From: an uncultured virus (IMG/VR IMGVR_UViG_3300036466_000576)
Taxonomy: Duplodnaviria; Heunggongvirae; Uroviricota; Caudoviricetes
DNA length: 64,000 bases
Strand: one strand, 5' to 3'
IMG/VR virus record: IMGVR_UViG_3300036466_000576
The position numbers and the translations under genes were made by a program. This document shows positions 1-10,138 of this stretch, in pieces. The notes below the pieces were generated by a model. The model was not told the DNA's origin. It searched no databases and saw nothing but the letters and a program-made list of their open reading frames with translations. Every line of letters begins with the position of its first letter. The stretch's first letter is position 1.

Positions 1-47
1 AAATTAATGGTATAATAGTAATAAATATGTAAACAGGAGGAATAAAT

Positions 48-2555
48 GTGTTTTATAAAAATTTAATAAAGAATGACGGTTTTACTCTTGTGGAAATGCT
101 GGTGGTGTTAGCGGTTCTAGCTATCTTGTTGAGCTTAGTCTCTCCGAATATCTCAATGATTGCTGAGAGGGCTAGTCAAGTTGTGCAGACTATGAACGCT
201 AAGACATTTCAAACCAATGCTATTTATGATTTAGCATTGAATAACAAGTCCAGTGTTCGTATTAGTGAAACTGTTGATTTGTCAACTATTGGTGAAGTAC
301 AGGATGTCGAGGCAACTTATGTGGGCTCTGATACTTTAAAAATGTTGGTTAGTACAGATAGAGGAAACAATTGGTTCTCATATACCATTGATGAACAGGT
401 TAGCTTGAAAGATATGCTTGGTGGTTATGTGAACGCTGTTAATCTAAGATGGGAGCGTGTTGATCATTCAACCCCTGACAACATTAAAGATCACGCTTTA
501 AGTATTGATGATTTTAACAGTTTAACTCAGGCTGAGTGGTTGGAAATTCTACAGAATGCTGAAGAAGTAACATTCGCTTTTAATGCTACTGACAGTGAGG
601 GTAATGACATTACCTGGGATATCAACCCAGAATTATCTATTGTTGTTACTGGTACTGACGGTACAGAAAGTGTTGTTTTTCCAGAGGAAACTAGCACTCC
701 TAGTGATCCTGGCGATGATGACAGTACAACTGTAAATGTGGGAAATTTTTTAAACGAAAAGACTTTTATCTCTTCGAAAAGCTTTCCTGTAATGATGAAA
801 GAGGATAATAAGGTTTTATATGCAAATAATACTAGTGTAAGCGATGTAACAAATCTTAATTTTTTAAATGATGAATTTGCTCAAGCAGTTTTAAGTTCTA
901 CTGACGGAGGGTTTATAGGTTTAAAGCCTAATGGAGAAATAATTGTAAAAGAAATTTTTAATTCTTCAACTACTAAAACTAAAAACAATATTCCTGTTGG
1001 TAATGACTTTGTACAAATAACAAAAGTACGAAATAATGGTATAGCATTAAAAAATGATGGATCAATTACAGTATGGGGAGATGAGAGTGGATCAACTTTT
1101 CTTGAGGCTCCTCAAACAAATGATTTTAAAAGACTTATGGAAAACGAAGTAGATAGTCATTTAGTATTTGCGATAAAGCAAGATGGATCTTTATTTAGCT
1201 GGGGAGATGATATCTTTTCAACCTCTAATGATACACCTGAGAACGGAAACTTTACTAAAGTATGGGCATCAAGACAGGTCGCAGCAGCTCAAAAAGAAGA
1301 TGGAACCGTTGTTGTGTGGGGAGACAATAGTAACGGATTAGTCGATAATTTTCCTACCGATATTAAAATTAAAGATTTATCTATAGATTCAAATAAAGGC
1401 ATCTTAGCAGTTAAGGAAAATGGTTCACTGCTTAAGGTCGGGACAAATAATGCTTTTATAAACATGCCCTTCGAATCAAACTTTGAAGAAGTGTTTTTAT
1501 CTTCAGGTCAAGCATATGCTTTAAATAGCAATGGTGAAGTAATTCCGTTTATAGAAAATCACTATAATTTTGATCCTTACATTTCTGATATCGCTTTCAG
1601 AACCGCAAACAATATAGGTTATGGGGCTTCGGGCAGCTATACTCCACCACCTATTTCAGATAGTGATGTTATAGTACAAAGAACTTTTATGTTGTTTAGA
1701 GAAGGAAATAATGTTAAAATGTGGGGGATAGATTCTGTTGGTTTTGAGGATAAGATTGATGAGATTAACCAAATCGAAAAAAATCTTCAATATTCTAGAA
1801 GCTCTTACGATGTAGTACTTGGATTAGGAAGTGAAGGAGAAATAATTACAATTCCTCAAAATTCATATTCTGAAAATAGCCCATTGATCATTAATAAACC
1901 AACCAACACAGGGTATAAAAAAATAATAACTGGCGATTGTTATAATTATGATGAGTTAGTTATAGCCATTAAAGATGATGGAAGTTTAGTCGGTTGGGGA
2001 GAGGATTCTATTAAGCCTGAACTGTTGGATTATCCAGCTGGAAATGGATATATTGATGTAATATTTAATGCCCATTCAGCAGCAGCATTAAATGAAGATG
2101 GAAGTATAGATTCCTGGGGAGAAGGCCCCTTTATAGTACCCGAAGATAGAAATAATTTTAAACAAATAGCCATTTACGCTGGTAACTTGGCAACATTAAA
2201 CGATCAGGGTGAGGTTGAACTTTGGGGAAGAGAAAATTATATGGGAAGGTTTGGTAATAATCTATATTTCGATATTCCTACTGAAAAAAATATTGTTAAA
2301 ATAAGTAGTAGTTTGTTCGGCTTTTTAGCATTGAGTGAAGATGGGAAGATCTTTGCTGTTGGCAATGATTCTTTAGGTACTGGTTCTATAGAAGCAAATG
2401 CACCAACTGGTAATAATTTTATTGATATAAAGATGGGGAATAACAATGGTTATGCTAAAGATGATACAGGGAAAATTTATCTTTGGGGAAAAACACGAAC
2501 TGATATTTTAGAAGAAAACCCTTACCCCTCTTCAGAAATAGAAACAATATATTAA
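48..2555 (+). CDS. Type IV pilin-like N-terminus fused to RCC1/BLIP-II-like beta-propeller repeats (putative pilus adhesin)
   Basis: Class III signal KNDG|FTLVEMLVVLAVLAIL; about 10 clear repeats of type ALKxDGSxxxWG in two blocks; RBS AGGAGG, GTG start, upstream TGGTATAAT at 8-16. Confidence 0.85.
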   Translation: MFYKNLIKNDGFTLVEMLVVLAVLAILLSLVSPNISMIAERASQVVQTMNAKTFQTNAIYDLALNNKSSVRISETVDLSTIGEVQDVEATYVGSDTLKMLVSTDRGNNWFSYTIDEQVSLKDMLGGYVNAVNLRWERVDHSTPDNIKDHALSIDDFNSLTQAEWLEILQNAEEVTFAFNATDSEGNDITWDINPELSIVVTGTDGTESVVFPEETSTPSDPGDDDSTTVNVGNFLNEKTFISSKSFPVMMKEDNKVLYANNTSVSDVTNLNFLNDEFAQAVLSSTDGGFIGLKPNGEIIVKEIFNSSTTKTKNNIPVGNDFVQITKVRNNGIALKNDGSITVWGDESGSTFLEAPQTNDFKRLMENEVDSHLVFAIKQDGSLFSWGDDIFSTSNDTPENGNFTKVWASRQVAAAQKEDGTVVVWGDNSNGLVDNFPTDIKIKDLSIDSNKGILAVKENGSLLKVGTNNAFINMPFESNFEEVFLSSGQAYALNSNGEVIPFIENHYNFDPYISDIAFRTANNIGYGASGSYTPPPISDSDVIVQRTFMLFREGNNVKMWGIDSVGFEDKIDEINQIEKNLQYSRSSYDVVLGLGSEGEIITIPQNSYSENSPLIINKPTNTGYKKIITGDCYNYDELVIAIKDDGSLVGWGEDSIKPELLDYPAGNGYIDVIFNAHSAAALNEDGSIDSWGEGPFIVPEDRNNFKQIAIYAGNLATLNDQGEVELWGRENYMGRFGNNLYFDIPTEKNIVKISSSLFGFLALSEDGKIFAVGNDSLGTGSIEANAPTGNNFIDIKMGNNNGYAKDDTGKIYLWGKTRTDILEENPYPSSEIETIY

Positions 2556-2616
2556 ATAAAGAGACAATATTTTCAATAACTTATATAAAAACAGAAAATA
2601 TTAATATAATTAATAA

Positions 2617-2646
2617 AAAAGACCACCATTAATTTGGTGGTCTTTT
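2617..2646. terminator. Bidirectional intrinsic terminator
   Basis: AAAAGACCACC / GGTGGTCTTTT inverted repeat between convergent genes. Confidence 0.85.
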
Positions 2647-2659
2647 ACTTTCTAAATTT

Positions 2660-3067
2660 TTACTCTCTAAACTTTTCTTCCATATTTTCTTTCCCCAAAT
2701 TTAAAACAATTTGTTTAGCCATTTTTTCTGCACATTCTGAACAGATACCAGGAGTGGCTGTGTTAGCCCACACTTCTATTTTTCCACAAAACTTACAGGG
2801 AAATCTGGTCATAACAGATCCACCAATTCCACCTCTTGAATTTTGGATGGCTTTTGCTAGCTTTTCTATATTGTATTTGTCAACCTTAAATCTATTTTTC
2901 AGCTTAAAAATCAACTTCAATTCCTCGCTAGATTCTAAGTTCATCTTTTCCACATCTATTTCCCCATCTAAGTCATATCTTTTTTCTCCTAAAAGTTCAT
3001 TCAATGTCTGATTAAAAAGCCGATTATTTTCTTTTTGATAATTTAAAAGTTCTTTTAAATATTTCAT
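2660..3067 (-). CDS. Hypothetical protein with C-terminal zinc ribbon
   Basis: CKFCG...CSEC motif; closely follows upstream gene. Confidence 0.7.
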   Translation of the reverse strand: MKYLKELLNYQKENNRLFNQTLNELLGEKRYDLDGEIDVEKMNLESSEELKLIFKLKNRFKVDKYNIEKLAKAIQNSRGGIGGSVMTRFPCKFCGKIEVWANTATPGICSECAEKMAKQIVLNLGKENMEEKFRE

Positions 3068-3069
3068 AG

Positions 3070-3537
3070 TTACCCATCCTTTCTAATTTCCCATATTTTT
3101 GTTAAAATAACAGAAACCATAATTAAAGATGCAATTACTCCAGCAAGAGCTTCAATCGGGTGCAACAAGTAAATATTAAAAGCTCCCAAAAAACATAAGA
3201 GAAGGCTAAAAAATAAAAAATGGAGCCAAAAGAATAAAGATACTCTAACAATTAAATACCTTTTCATCTCCCATTTATTTTCTGCTCTTGCAATAATCAT
3301 TTTACTTATCGAGATTATCAAACCCAAAGTTGCCAATAAAACTGAAATATCAAAATCGATATTTAAAAGATTTTTATCAAAAAACCACAAGAAAAGATCG
3401 CAGAAAGTTAAAGTAAAGAACATAACCGAAACGAATATAGAGCCGATACTAAAATTAAAGTTTTTATTTTTCACAGCAATCATTCCTTTGAAGATTTTGT
3501 TTTTCATTAAATTTACTCTCATTAGAAGGATCAGCAA
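3070..3537 (-). CDS. Hypothetical membrane protein (about 4 TM)
   Basis: Four hydrophobic segments; start uncertain. Confidence 0.65.
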   Translation of the reverse strand: MLILLMRVNLMKNKIFKGMIAVKNKNFNFSIGSIFVSVMFFTLTFCDLFLWFFDKNLLNIDFDISVLLATLGLIISISKMIIARAENKWEMKRYLIVRVSLFFWLHFLFFSLLLCFLGAFNIYLLHPIEALAGVIASLIMVSVILTKIWEIRKDG

Positions 3538-3576
3538 AAAATTTTAGGAATGAATTATTATATCAATTATCTTTTT

Positions 3577-4053
3577 TTAATAAATCACCAATCCCTGACT
3601 ACTATCATAATAAACAAAATAAGATTTTTCTGTACCTTTAAATGCTGAAAGCTCCTGCATTAATTTTTCCGTTAGTTCTATTTTTTTAGGATCATAATAA
3701 AAAACCTTTTCATTAATGCAAACAGACTTATCATTATCCAACTCTTTTCTAAAATTCATTTTTGTTTTTAATTTATAAATAACATAAGCACTTATAAACT
3801 CGTTACATGGAATAGAAGAAAGATAATCATATCTTTTTCGTTCTTTCCCTTTTATCTCGTAAATCTTTTCTAAATACCCCTGATCTAATACATTATCTAG
3901 TATTAAATATACTTTATCTAAATCTATTTCTAAATCACTTGCTAAATACCCTGGATATATAAATTTCCCTTCTTCATATTCGGAAAGTACTCTTAAAATC
4001 TTTCTTATATCGTCATTACTTATATTTTTAGTTTTTTCAGCCGTACTTTTCAT
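3577..4053 (-). CDS. Hypothetical protein, possible winged-helix N-terminus
   Basis: RBS AAGGAGG; LASDLEIDLDKVYLILDNVLDQGYL resembles a wHTH. Confidence 0.65.
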   Translation of the reverse strand: MKSTAEKTKNISNDDIRKILRVLSEYEEGKFIYPGYLASDLEIDLDKVYLILDNVLDQGYLEKIYEIKGKERKRYDYLSSIPCNEFISAYVIYKLKTKMNFRKELDNDKSVCINEKVFYYDPKKIELTEKLMQELSAFKGTEKSYFVYYDSSQGLVIY

Positions 4054-5024
4054 AAAATTTTAAATTCCTCCTTTTTTTAAACAATATAACTTTATTACTA
4101 TTATAATTTAAAAATTATATATTTATTAAAATATAGTATTTTATTATAATAAAATTATATATTTAAATTAAATACATTTTATTCTAAAAAATATAAAAAA
4201 ATAATTTAATTCTTTAATTTAACTTGTTATTTTTAACCAATCAAATTAATAGATACTATAACAATATTATATAATTATTGGCAATAAAAGTCAATAATTA
4301 TATATTTTAACTTTATATCCAGTAGGAATAAAAGATATTATTGCTATTTTTTGTTGTTTAAATTCTTTTTAGAAGCTCATAAATGTCCTTTGAACAGTGT
4401 TTACAGTATAAACAACCTAGTATATGTTGAATAAATTAAAACTAAATCTAGCTATGCTCAAATGGTAATAAAGGGAATATTTTACACCTTAAATTGCAAT
4501 ATTTTCGTAAAATCAAAATTTTACGAAGTTTTTTTCGACTATATTTTGGTAATATAACATATATAAAGATTTATTTTCTACTAATTTCTTATAAAGTAAA
4601 TGTATCCTCGGCAAAAGTTTATTTAGATTGGGGAATTATGAAGACTTTTTCTATTTCTGATCCCGTCTCTAAATTTCTAAAATTATTAATTAATTCCTTT
4701 TTATGTTGTATTGCTTTATTTTAGTTTTAAAAATAAAATATATTTATAATAGTAAATAAATTTAAAATAACCTTAAAATATATTAAATTTAATTTTATAT
4801 AAAATTTATCCAATTAAGTATTTTTTGTATAATTAAAATTAATATGTTTAAAATTTATTTTATAAAGTTTTTATGTAATAAAAGCCTTATATTTCTATGA
4901 GAAAGGCTAAAATTGCCCCGTTTAAAAAGATGGTATAAATTATAAGGTATTTATACCTTCAATATGAAATAGTGGTAAAATTTGAATATAGAGCCTCTAG
5001 CGAGAGTCGATATGTTTAAATATA
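4054..5024. other. About 1-kb AT-rich non-coding region with several inverted repeats
   Basis: No credible ORF; IRs at 4268-4304, 4504-4527, 4944-4959. Confidence 0.6.
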
Positions 5025-5051
5025 AAAAACCCCGATTAAGGGGTTTTGAAT

Positions 5052-5510
5052 TTAGCTAAAATATTTATTTAATTTTTCTTCTATTTGATCAACACTCTGA
5101 TTTTCACAAAATATAAAATTATTATGGAATTGTCTAGATCCCCATAAGGATTCTCGATAATCATCAAACATTCCTCTATAATTAAGATTTATTCCTTTAA
5201 GTGATTCATTCATTTTATCAATCTTAGAGACAAAATCTTTATCAGAAAGTATTCTTAGATAGTCTCCGTTTATTAGTTTTAGCTTTATCATATCAAATGC
5301 TGCATAAGACCAATACTCTTTATTGCAGGGAATCTGTCTATTTAAATAACCGTCTCGATTAAGATAATATAATATTTTTTCAAAAAATGTTTTATTTTCC
5401 TTAGTAAGTGTCTCTCCATTATAAATTAAAAATTGTCTTTTTTCTTTTTTATAACTTATAATTTTATCCAATATTAGATTCGTATTATTGATTTCAATTT
5501 TGTTTTTCAT
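5052..5510 (-). CDS. Hypothetical protein, paralog family A member 1
   Basis: Start moved to ATG 5510 after AAGGAGGAG; motif pattern shared with next two genes. Confidence 0.7.
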   Translation of the reverse strand: MKNKIEINNTNLILDKIISYKKEKRQFLIYNGETLTKENKTFFEKILYYLNRDGYLNRQIPCNKEYWSYAAFDMIKLKLINGDYLRILSDKDFVSKIDKMNESLKGINLNYRGMFDDYRESLWGSRQFHNNFIFCENQSVDQIEEKLNKYFS

Positions 5511-5621
5511 AATATACTCCTCCTTATTTGTCATAATTTAACTTTATTTATTAATTATAACATAATTTTAATATGTAAGCAAAAAAAGAACTGAAATAAC
5601 CAGTTCTCCTTTTTTGGGGAT

Positions 5622-6125
5622 TTATTTTGTTGTAACCGATATCCCATTTTCTTGAAAATGAACTTTTAATTCATCTTCAATATCAGTTAAGTTTTTCTGA
5701 ATTAGTTCAAAAGCATCTAATTTTTTAGTAAACTTTAAGAAGCTACTTAGTTCTTGCTGTATTTCTTTTGGTAAATCTTTTTTTGAGATTTTGCTTAAAA
5801 TGAACATTGTCTTTTTAATATCTTCTTTGTTAATTTGCGATCTAAAATTTACAGTTGCTCCTGTTAATTCTACTTTTAAAACCTTAACCTCTTTAATTTC
5901 CCAATTATATAAATTAGAAAATTTATAAGTTTCTTCTTTTTTTTCAATCCCAAAAAACATTTTTGCTTTAGTAAGTAGTGTTTTTTTCTGGTTTTGATTA
6001 TGTTTTATTTGTTGTGTATATACTGGTATTTTAACTGTCTGAATCTCAAAATTCTGAACTAGTTTCTTTGGTACTGCAAAAGCACCAAAATCAAAATTTT
6101 TACTTCTTGCATTTGTAATTGTCAT
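5622..6125 (-). CDS. Hypothetical protein, paralog family A member 2
   Basis: RBS GGGAGAG; FGAF...IPVY...W...VLKVELT. Confidence 0.75.
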   Translation of the reverse strand: MTITNARSKNFDFGAFAVPKKLVQNFEIQTVKIPVYTQQIKHNQNQKKTLLTKAKMFFGIEKKEETYKFSNLYNWEIKEVKVLKVELTGATVNFRSQINKEDIKKTMFILSKISKKDLPKEIQQELSSFLKFTKKLDAFELIQKNLTDIEDELKVHFQENGISVTTK

Positions 6126-6505
6126 AAATAATCTCTCCCTTTGTCTAATTTTTTGTTAAACAATGTCTAATATTTACTTTATAATTATATTTTACCATAT
6201 CTAAAATTTTAGACAAAGAAAAAAGTCAACCTGTTTTAGATTGACTTAAAGTTTTTTTTGATTATTTTCTTTATTAAGTTTTCACTTCCAACATATATTG
6301 GTCCCAACCAGCTTAATAAGATTGCCAGCAACATACTATGATATAATTTTTTCTTGGTTTTAGCTAATTTCAAACCACTTTCAATAAAATCTTTTTTACA
6401 AATCATAGAATTAATGATTTTTATTGTCGCAAAAACTAAACCAACTGAATAAATTATTAAAATCAGAGCTGCCTTATCCGTTTATATTGCCTTCTTTGCA
6501 TTGTA

Positions 6506-7036
6506 TTATTTTTTAATTTCTTCTACCATATCTTCTTTTTTATTTTTTTTATTTATTTTCGCTAATCTTTTTCCACTATCAATTCTTCTTTTTACTTCTT
6601 CTACTTTGATAGGTAATTCTTCTTTTCCATTTAAATATTTTAAAAATGTATTGAATTCGTTTATATATTCCTTAATATCTTGATTATCGTCAAGTAAGTC
6701 TATGTTATTTAAAAATATTTTCTTGATATTTTTTCTTGTATGTTTAATACGATATTTTGGCAATTTGTCATGATATATTACAACTGCTTTAGTTAATCTT
6801 AAAATTAAAAACTTAATTGTTACATATTCCCAGGCATCCGAATAGAAAATTTCGCCAACAACTTTTGGTTTGCTTTTTTTAAATTTTTTCAAAACATTAT
6901 TTAAAAAATTTTTTTCAGGTTTTATTACTGCAATATCTTCTCCCATATATACGGGAAATCTTTTTTCAATTACTGTAGTAGATTCAACAATATCTGAATC
7001 AATTTTAAAAGCACCACAGTTAATTTCTTCTCCCAA
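6506..7036 (-). CDS. Hypothetical protein, paralog family A member 3
   Basis: RBS GAGGAAT, TTG start; CGAF...FPVY...W...FLILRLT. Confidence 0.75.
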   Translation of the reverse strand: MGEEINCGAFKIDSDIVESTTVIEKRFPVYMGEDIAVIKPEKNFLNNVLKKFKKSKPKVVGEIFYSDAWEYVTIKFLILRLTKAVVIYHDKLPKYRIKHTRKNIKKIFLNNIDLLDDNQDIKEYINEFNTFLKYLNGKEELPIKVEEVKRRIDSGKRLAKINKKNKKEDMVEEIKK

Positions 7037-7144
7037 TAACTATTCCTCCTTTTTTTATTATTATCTGTACTCATTATACCATAATTGTAAATAAATGTAA
7101 ATAATAATATAAAAAAAGAGAGAGCATTATCCCTCTCTTAAGCA

Positions 7145-7636
7145 TTACTTATATAAAATTTCATACTGTAACCAGCTTAAACCATTTAAAGTAAATTGTT
7201 TTACTAAGATAATTCTATTATTTTTTGTTGGTCCCCAGATTACTAATTTATCAAAATCTACTTCATTTAAATTTAATTCAGATCTATCATAATTAATAAC
7301 TGGCATACCATATTGTGCATTAAATCCTATTAGCATTTGATCAAAATAAATATTTAACTCTTTTACTTCTTTTTCTTCGAATAATCTGCTGTAATAACTT
7401 AACCTTTTCATATTTTGCTTTTTAAATGAATTAAAATTATTAAATTCTAATTTTACTATAGATTTCCCAGGCTGATTAAGGTAAGTTTGCTCAACATTTG
7501 TATAAGTTTCTCCATTAAAACTAATATTATTTTTTTGCACTACTTTATTGCTTTCCATTGGAGCAGCGAAAGCATTAATGCTGATTATGGAGATTAAAAA
7601 AGAAACAAAAATAAACACAATTAAAGATTTCTTCAA
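7145..7636 (-). CDS. Secreted hypothetical protein
   Basis: Signal peptide ending AFA; RBS GGAGGG. Confidence 0.75.
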   Translation of the reverse strand: MKKSLIVFIFVSFLISIISINAFAAPMESNKVVQKNNISFNGETYTNVEQTYLNQPGKSIVKLEFNNFNSFKKQNMKRLSYYSRLFEEKEVKELNIYFDQMLIGFNAQYGMPVINYDRSELNLNEVDFDKLVIWGPTKNNRIILVKQFTLNGLSWLQYEILYK

Positions 7637-7742
7637 AACTATCCCTCCTATTGATTTTATATATATAATTATATCATACTTTTTACTTTATAGTAAAAAA
7701 ATAGAAATTTAAACATAAAAAAAAGACCTTCAAGGTCTTTTT

Positions 7743-8276
7743 TTAAGGTAATGTAAACATATCATTATCATCATTATTTAAAACATGATATTTAACTTTT
7801 TCATAGCCACTTTCAGTAACTATTCGATGTCCTTTTATATTATAGATATCTTCCTCATTTAAGTATTTTTCAATTTTTTTATAATCTTCATCTACTATAA
7901 CAAGTTTAATCTTATTTAAATTTACAATTTTTTTCATTTTGATTTTCTTTGGCATTCTTGATTGGCAATCTTTACATACATTGTGCCCGTATTCTAATGG
8001 CCACATACTATCAACTCTATCACCATCTTCTAAATAACTATCGCATACAGTACAATGGGGAATAGTATGATGAGCAATATGGTCAGCATTTTTTTTTATA
8101 AAGTTATCACCATAAATATCATAATCATTAAATGGCAACCCAATCTCTTTTTCATACTCTAAAAATTCTTCAAAATCTTCTTCACTTAGCTCAGGTATTT
8201 CTTCTCTATAATTTTTCTCAGAAAGTTTATTTTCTTTTTTTTGTTTAAATTGATTTAAATCAACAATATCACCCAT
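7743..8276 (-). CDS. Hypothetical zinc-finger protein
   Basis: CTVC...CKDC; RBS AAGGAGG. Confidence 0.75.
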   Translation of the reverse strand: MGDIVDLNQFKQKKENKLSEKNYREEIPELSEEDFEEFLEYEKEIGLPFNDYDIYGDNFIKKNADHIAHHTIPHCTVCDSYLEDGDRVDSMWPLEYGHNVCKDCQSRMPKKIKMKKIVNLNKIKLVIVDEDYKKIEKYLNEEDIYNIKGHRIVTESGYEKVKYHVLNNDDNDMFTLP

Positions 8277-8511
8277 TTTTTTTCCTCCTTTTATTTATTA
8301 TACACTCTTAATCGAAATAAATCAATTTTTTTAAAGAAATTTTTATGTTTATTTGTATTTATTTTGAAATATATGATATAATATACATACAATAAATATA
8401 TATGACATATAAAATTACTGATTATTTCCCCCTTTAATAATCAGTTCATATAAATAAAAGACATTTAAACATAAAAAAATTAGACAAATTAAAAAAGGAG
8501 AGATGATACTT

Positions 8512-8781
8512 ATGTTAAAATTTAATCAAATCAAAACTATTATTAAAGAAAGCTTTGAATCTATCAATATTACCTTAACTTCTTCTAATCAAATAGAAAT
8601 ATTTGACCCTAAATCCCCAAATGTAAAAATCATAGGAGAAAAAAACAAAAATCAGATTGATTTTTTTGAGATTATTGAAAAAGAAGAACCTGGTTTTGAA
8701 CAAAATCAAAAAAGCTTCGAATTTGATTTCTTAGGTAATTCTAATGAAATTAGAATGGAAGATTTAATATCCCTGGTATAA
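8512..8781 (+). CDS. Small hypothetical protein with long structured leader
   Basis: RBS AAGGAGAG favours second ATG; promoter TTGTAT...TGATATAAT at about 8354-8382. Confidence 0.7.
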   Translation: MLKFNQIKTIIKESFESINITLTSSNQIEIFDPKSPNVKIIGEKNKNQIDFFEIIEKEEPGFEQNQKSFEFDFLGNSNEIRMEDLISLV

Positions 8782-8782
8782 T

Positions 8783-8819
8783 AAAAAAAGCTCCTGGATT
8801 AATTTTCAGGAGCTTTTTT
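8783..8819. terminator. Bidirectional intrinsic terminator
   Basis: AAAAAAGCTCCTG / CAGGAGCTTTTTT. Confidence 0.85.
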
Positions 8820-8832
8820 ATGTTTATTTATT

Positions 8833-9300
8833 TCACTGCACTTCTAATGCAGTATTGTAAACTATATTAATGAAACGCATTACTTGGTTTTGATCATTAA
8901 TAGCATTGCCATTATCATTCATTTCTCCACCTAAATATTCTACATAATTTTTGGATTTATCTAACCAAAAGTGAATAGAAATAGCTGTTTGATTAATCTC
9001 CAAAACCATTTGAACATATTTTCCTTGACCTCTACCAACATTTTTGGCCTCATTTACATTAAAGCTGTAACTTCCACCTAGGTTTTCATTTTGATTAATA
9101 GAAGTTTCCAGTCCTTTTAATACTTCTCCGATAGTTAATGCTTTATGCTTAATACCAGAGAAATAACTGTTTTTTAATAAATTAACATATGCTTCGTCTT
9201 CAGCACTTCTGTTTTGAGCAGAAACCTGAAAACTAAACAAAAGCAATACCATTAAAAAGAATACGATGATTTTTTTTTGATTTTTTCTCAAAATAATCAC
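8833..9300 (-). CDS. Secreted hypothetical protein
   Basis: Signal peptide ending VSA; overlaps methylase stop. Confidence 0.7.
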   Translation of the reverse strand: MIILRKNQKKIIVFFLMVLLLFSFQVSAQNRSAEDEAYVNLLKNSYFSGIKHKALTIGEVLKGLETSINQNENLGGSYSFNVNEAKNVGRGQGKYVQMVLEINQTAISIHFWLDKSKNYVEYLGGEMNDNGNAINDQNQVMRFINIVYNTALEVQ

Positions 9301-10091
9301 TCCACTTTTAATAGTTTTTCACTTTTTGTTGCAAAATCATCATTTTTATAAACAAAATTATATTCATTTATAATACATTCTTGTTTTAACAAATTTTGAC
9401 TAATATCATAAAATTCTTTGTTTGTTTCAAAACCAATATAATTCCTTTTCATTCCCTTACTATAAAAAGAAATTGAACCACTACCTGAAAATAAATCAAC
9501 TACTAAATCTCCTTTATTAGAATGTCTTCTAATTAAAGGTTCAATCATCCATTGATATTTTTCATTAGGGTGTTTAGTTTTTTTATTTGTACCAATAACA
9601 CCATAAAATTCTTGTCGCATATCTTTTTGCTCTAAGAAATTAATTTTATATTTTTTTGTTTTTGTAAACCAAACAGCTTCCTCGATTGTAGAACGATAGT
9701 TGTTTTTCCTAAAATGAGGTAAAGGATTTTTCTTAATAAAATATATTTTGTTTCTAAATATAAGTCCAAGTTTCTCCAATCTATAAATGATATATCCAGT
9801 AAGTTTTCTATCCATAAATAAAATTAAACTACCGTTATTTTTTATTTTTGGAAGAACTCTATTAACTATATCAATTAACCAGTCCGAATAATCTTCTACA
9901 CTTTCCCAACTATCCTTATAATCATTTCCCCAGGCTGTTTCATTATTTACAATTTCATTTCCCTTTTTAGTTAATTTATCAGTTTGAGCAATTCCATACG
10001 GCGGATCTGTTAAAATTAAGTCAATACTTTTATTTTTTAGCTGTTCAATTCCTTTTTCACATGGCATATGATAAATTTTATTTTTTTGCAA
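9297..10091 (-). CDS. Orphan N6-adenine/N4-cytosine DNA methyltransferase, beta class
   Basis: DPPY precedes DLFSGSGS SAM-binding motif; HPNEK motif. Confidence 0.92.
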   Translation of the reverse strand: MQKNKIYHMPCEKGIEQLKNKSIDLILTDPPYGIAQTDKLTKKGNEIVNNETAWGNDYKDSWESVEDYSDWLIDIVNRVLPKIKNNGSLILFMDRKLTGYIIYRLEKLGLIFRNKIYFIKKNPLPHFRKNNYRSTIEEAVWFTKTKKYKINFLEQKDMRQEFYGVIGTNKKTKHPNEKYQWMIEPLIRRHSNKGDLVVDLFSGSGSISFYSKGMKRNYIGFETNKEFYDISQNLLKQECIINEYNFVYKNDDFATKSEKLLKVE

Positions 10092-10138
10092 TTTTTAAGC
10101 CACCTCCATACTCACCTCCTTTTTTAGATTAATTGACT

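Noticed and set aside
48..2555. Pilin-RCC1 gene as a DGR target or shufflon
   Set aside because: No reverse transcriptase, template repeat, recombinase or inverted cassettes seen in the window
4494..4724. 76-aa ORF in the large intergenic region
   Set aside because: TTG start without RBS; crosses an inverted repeat; no protein-like features
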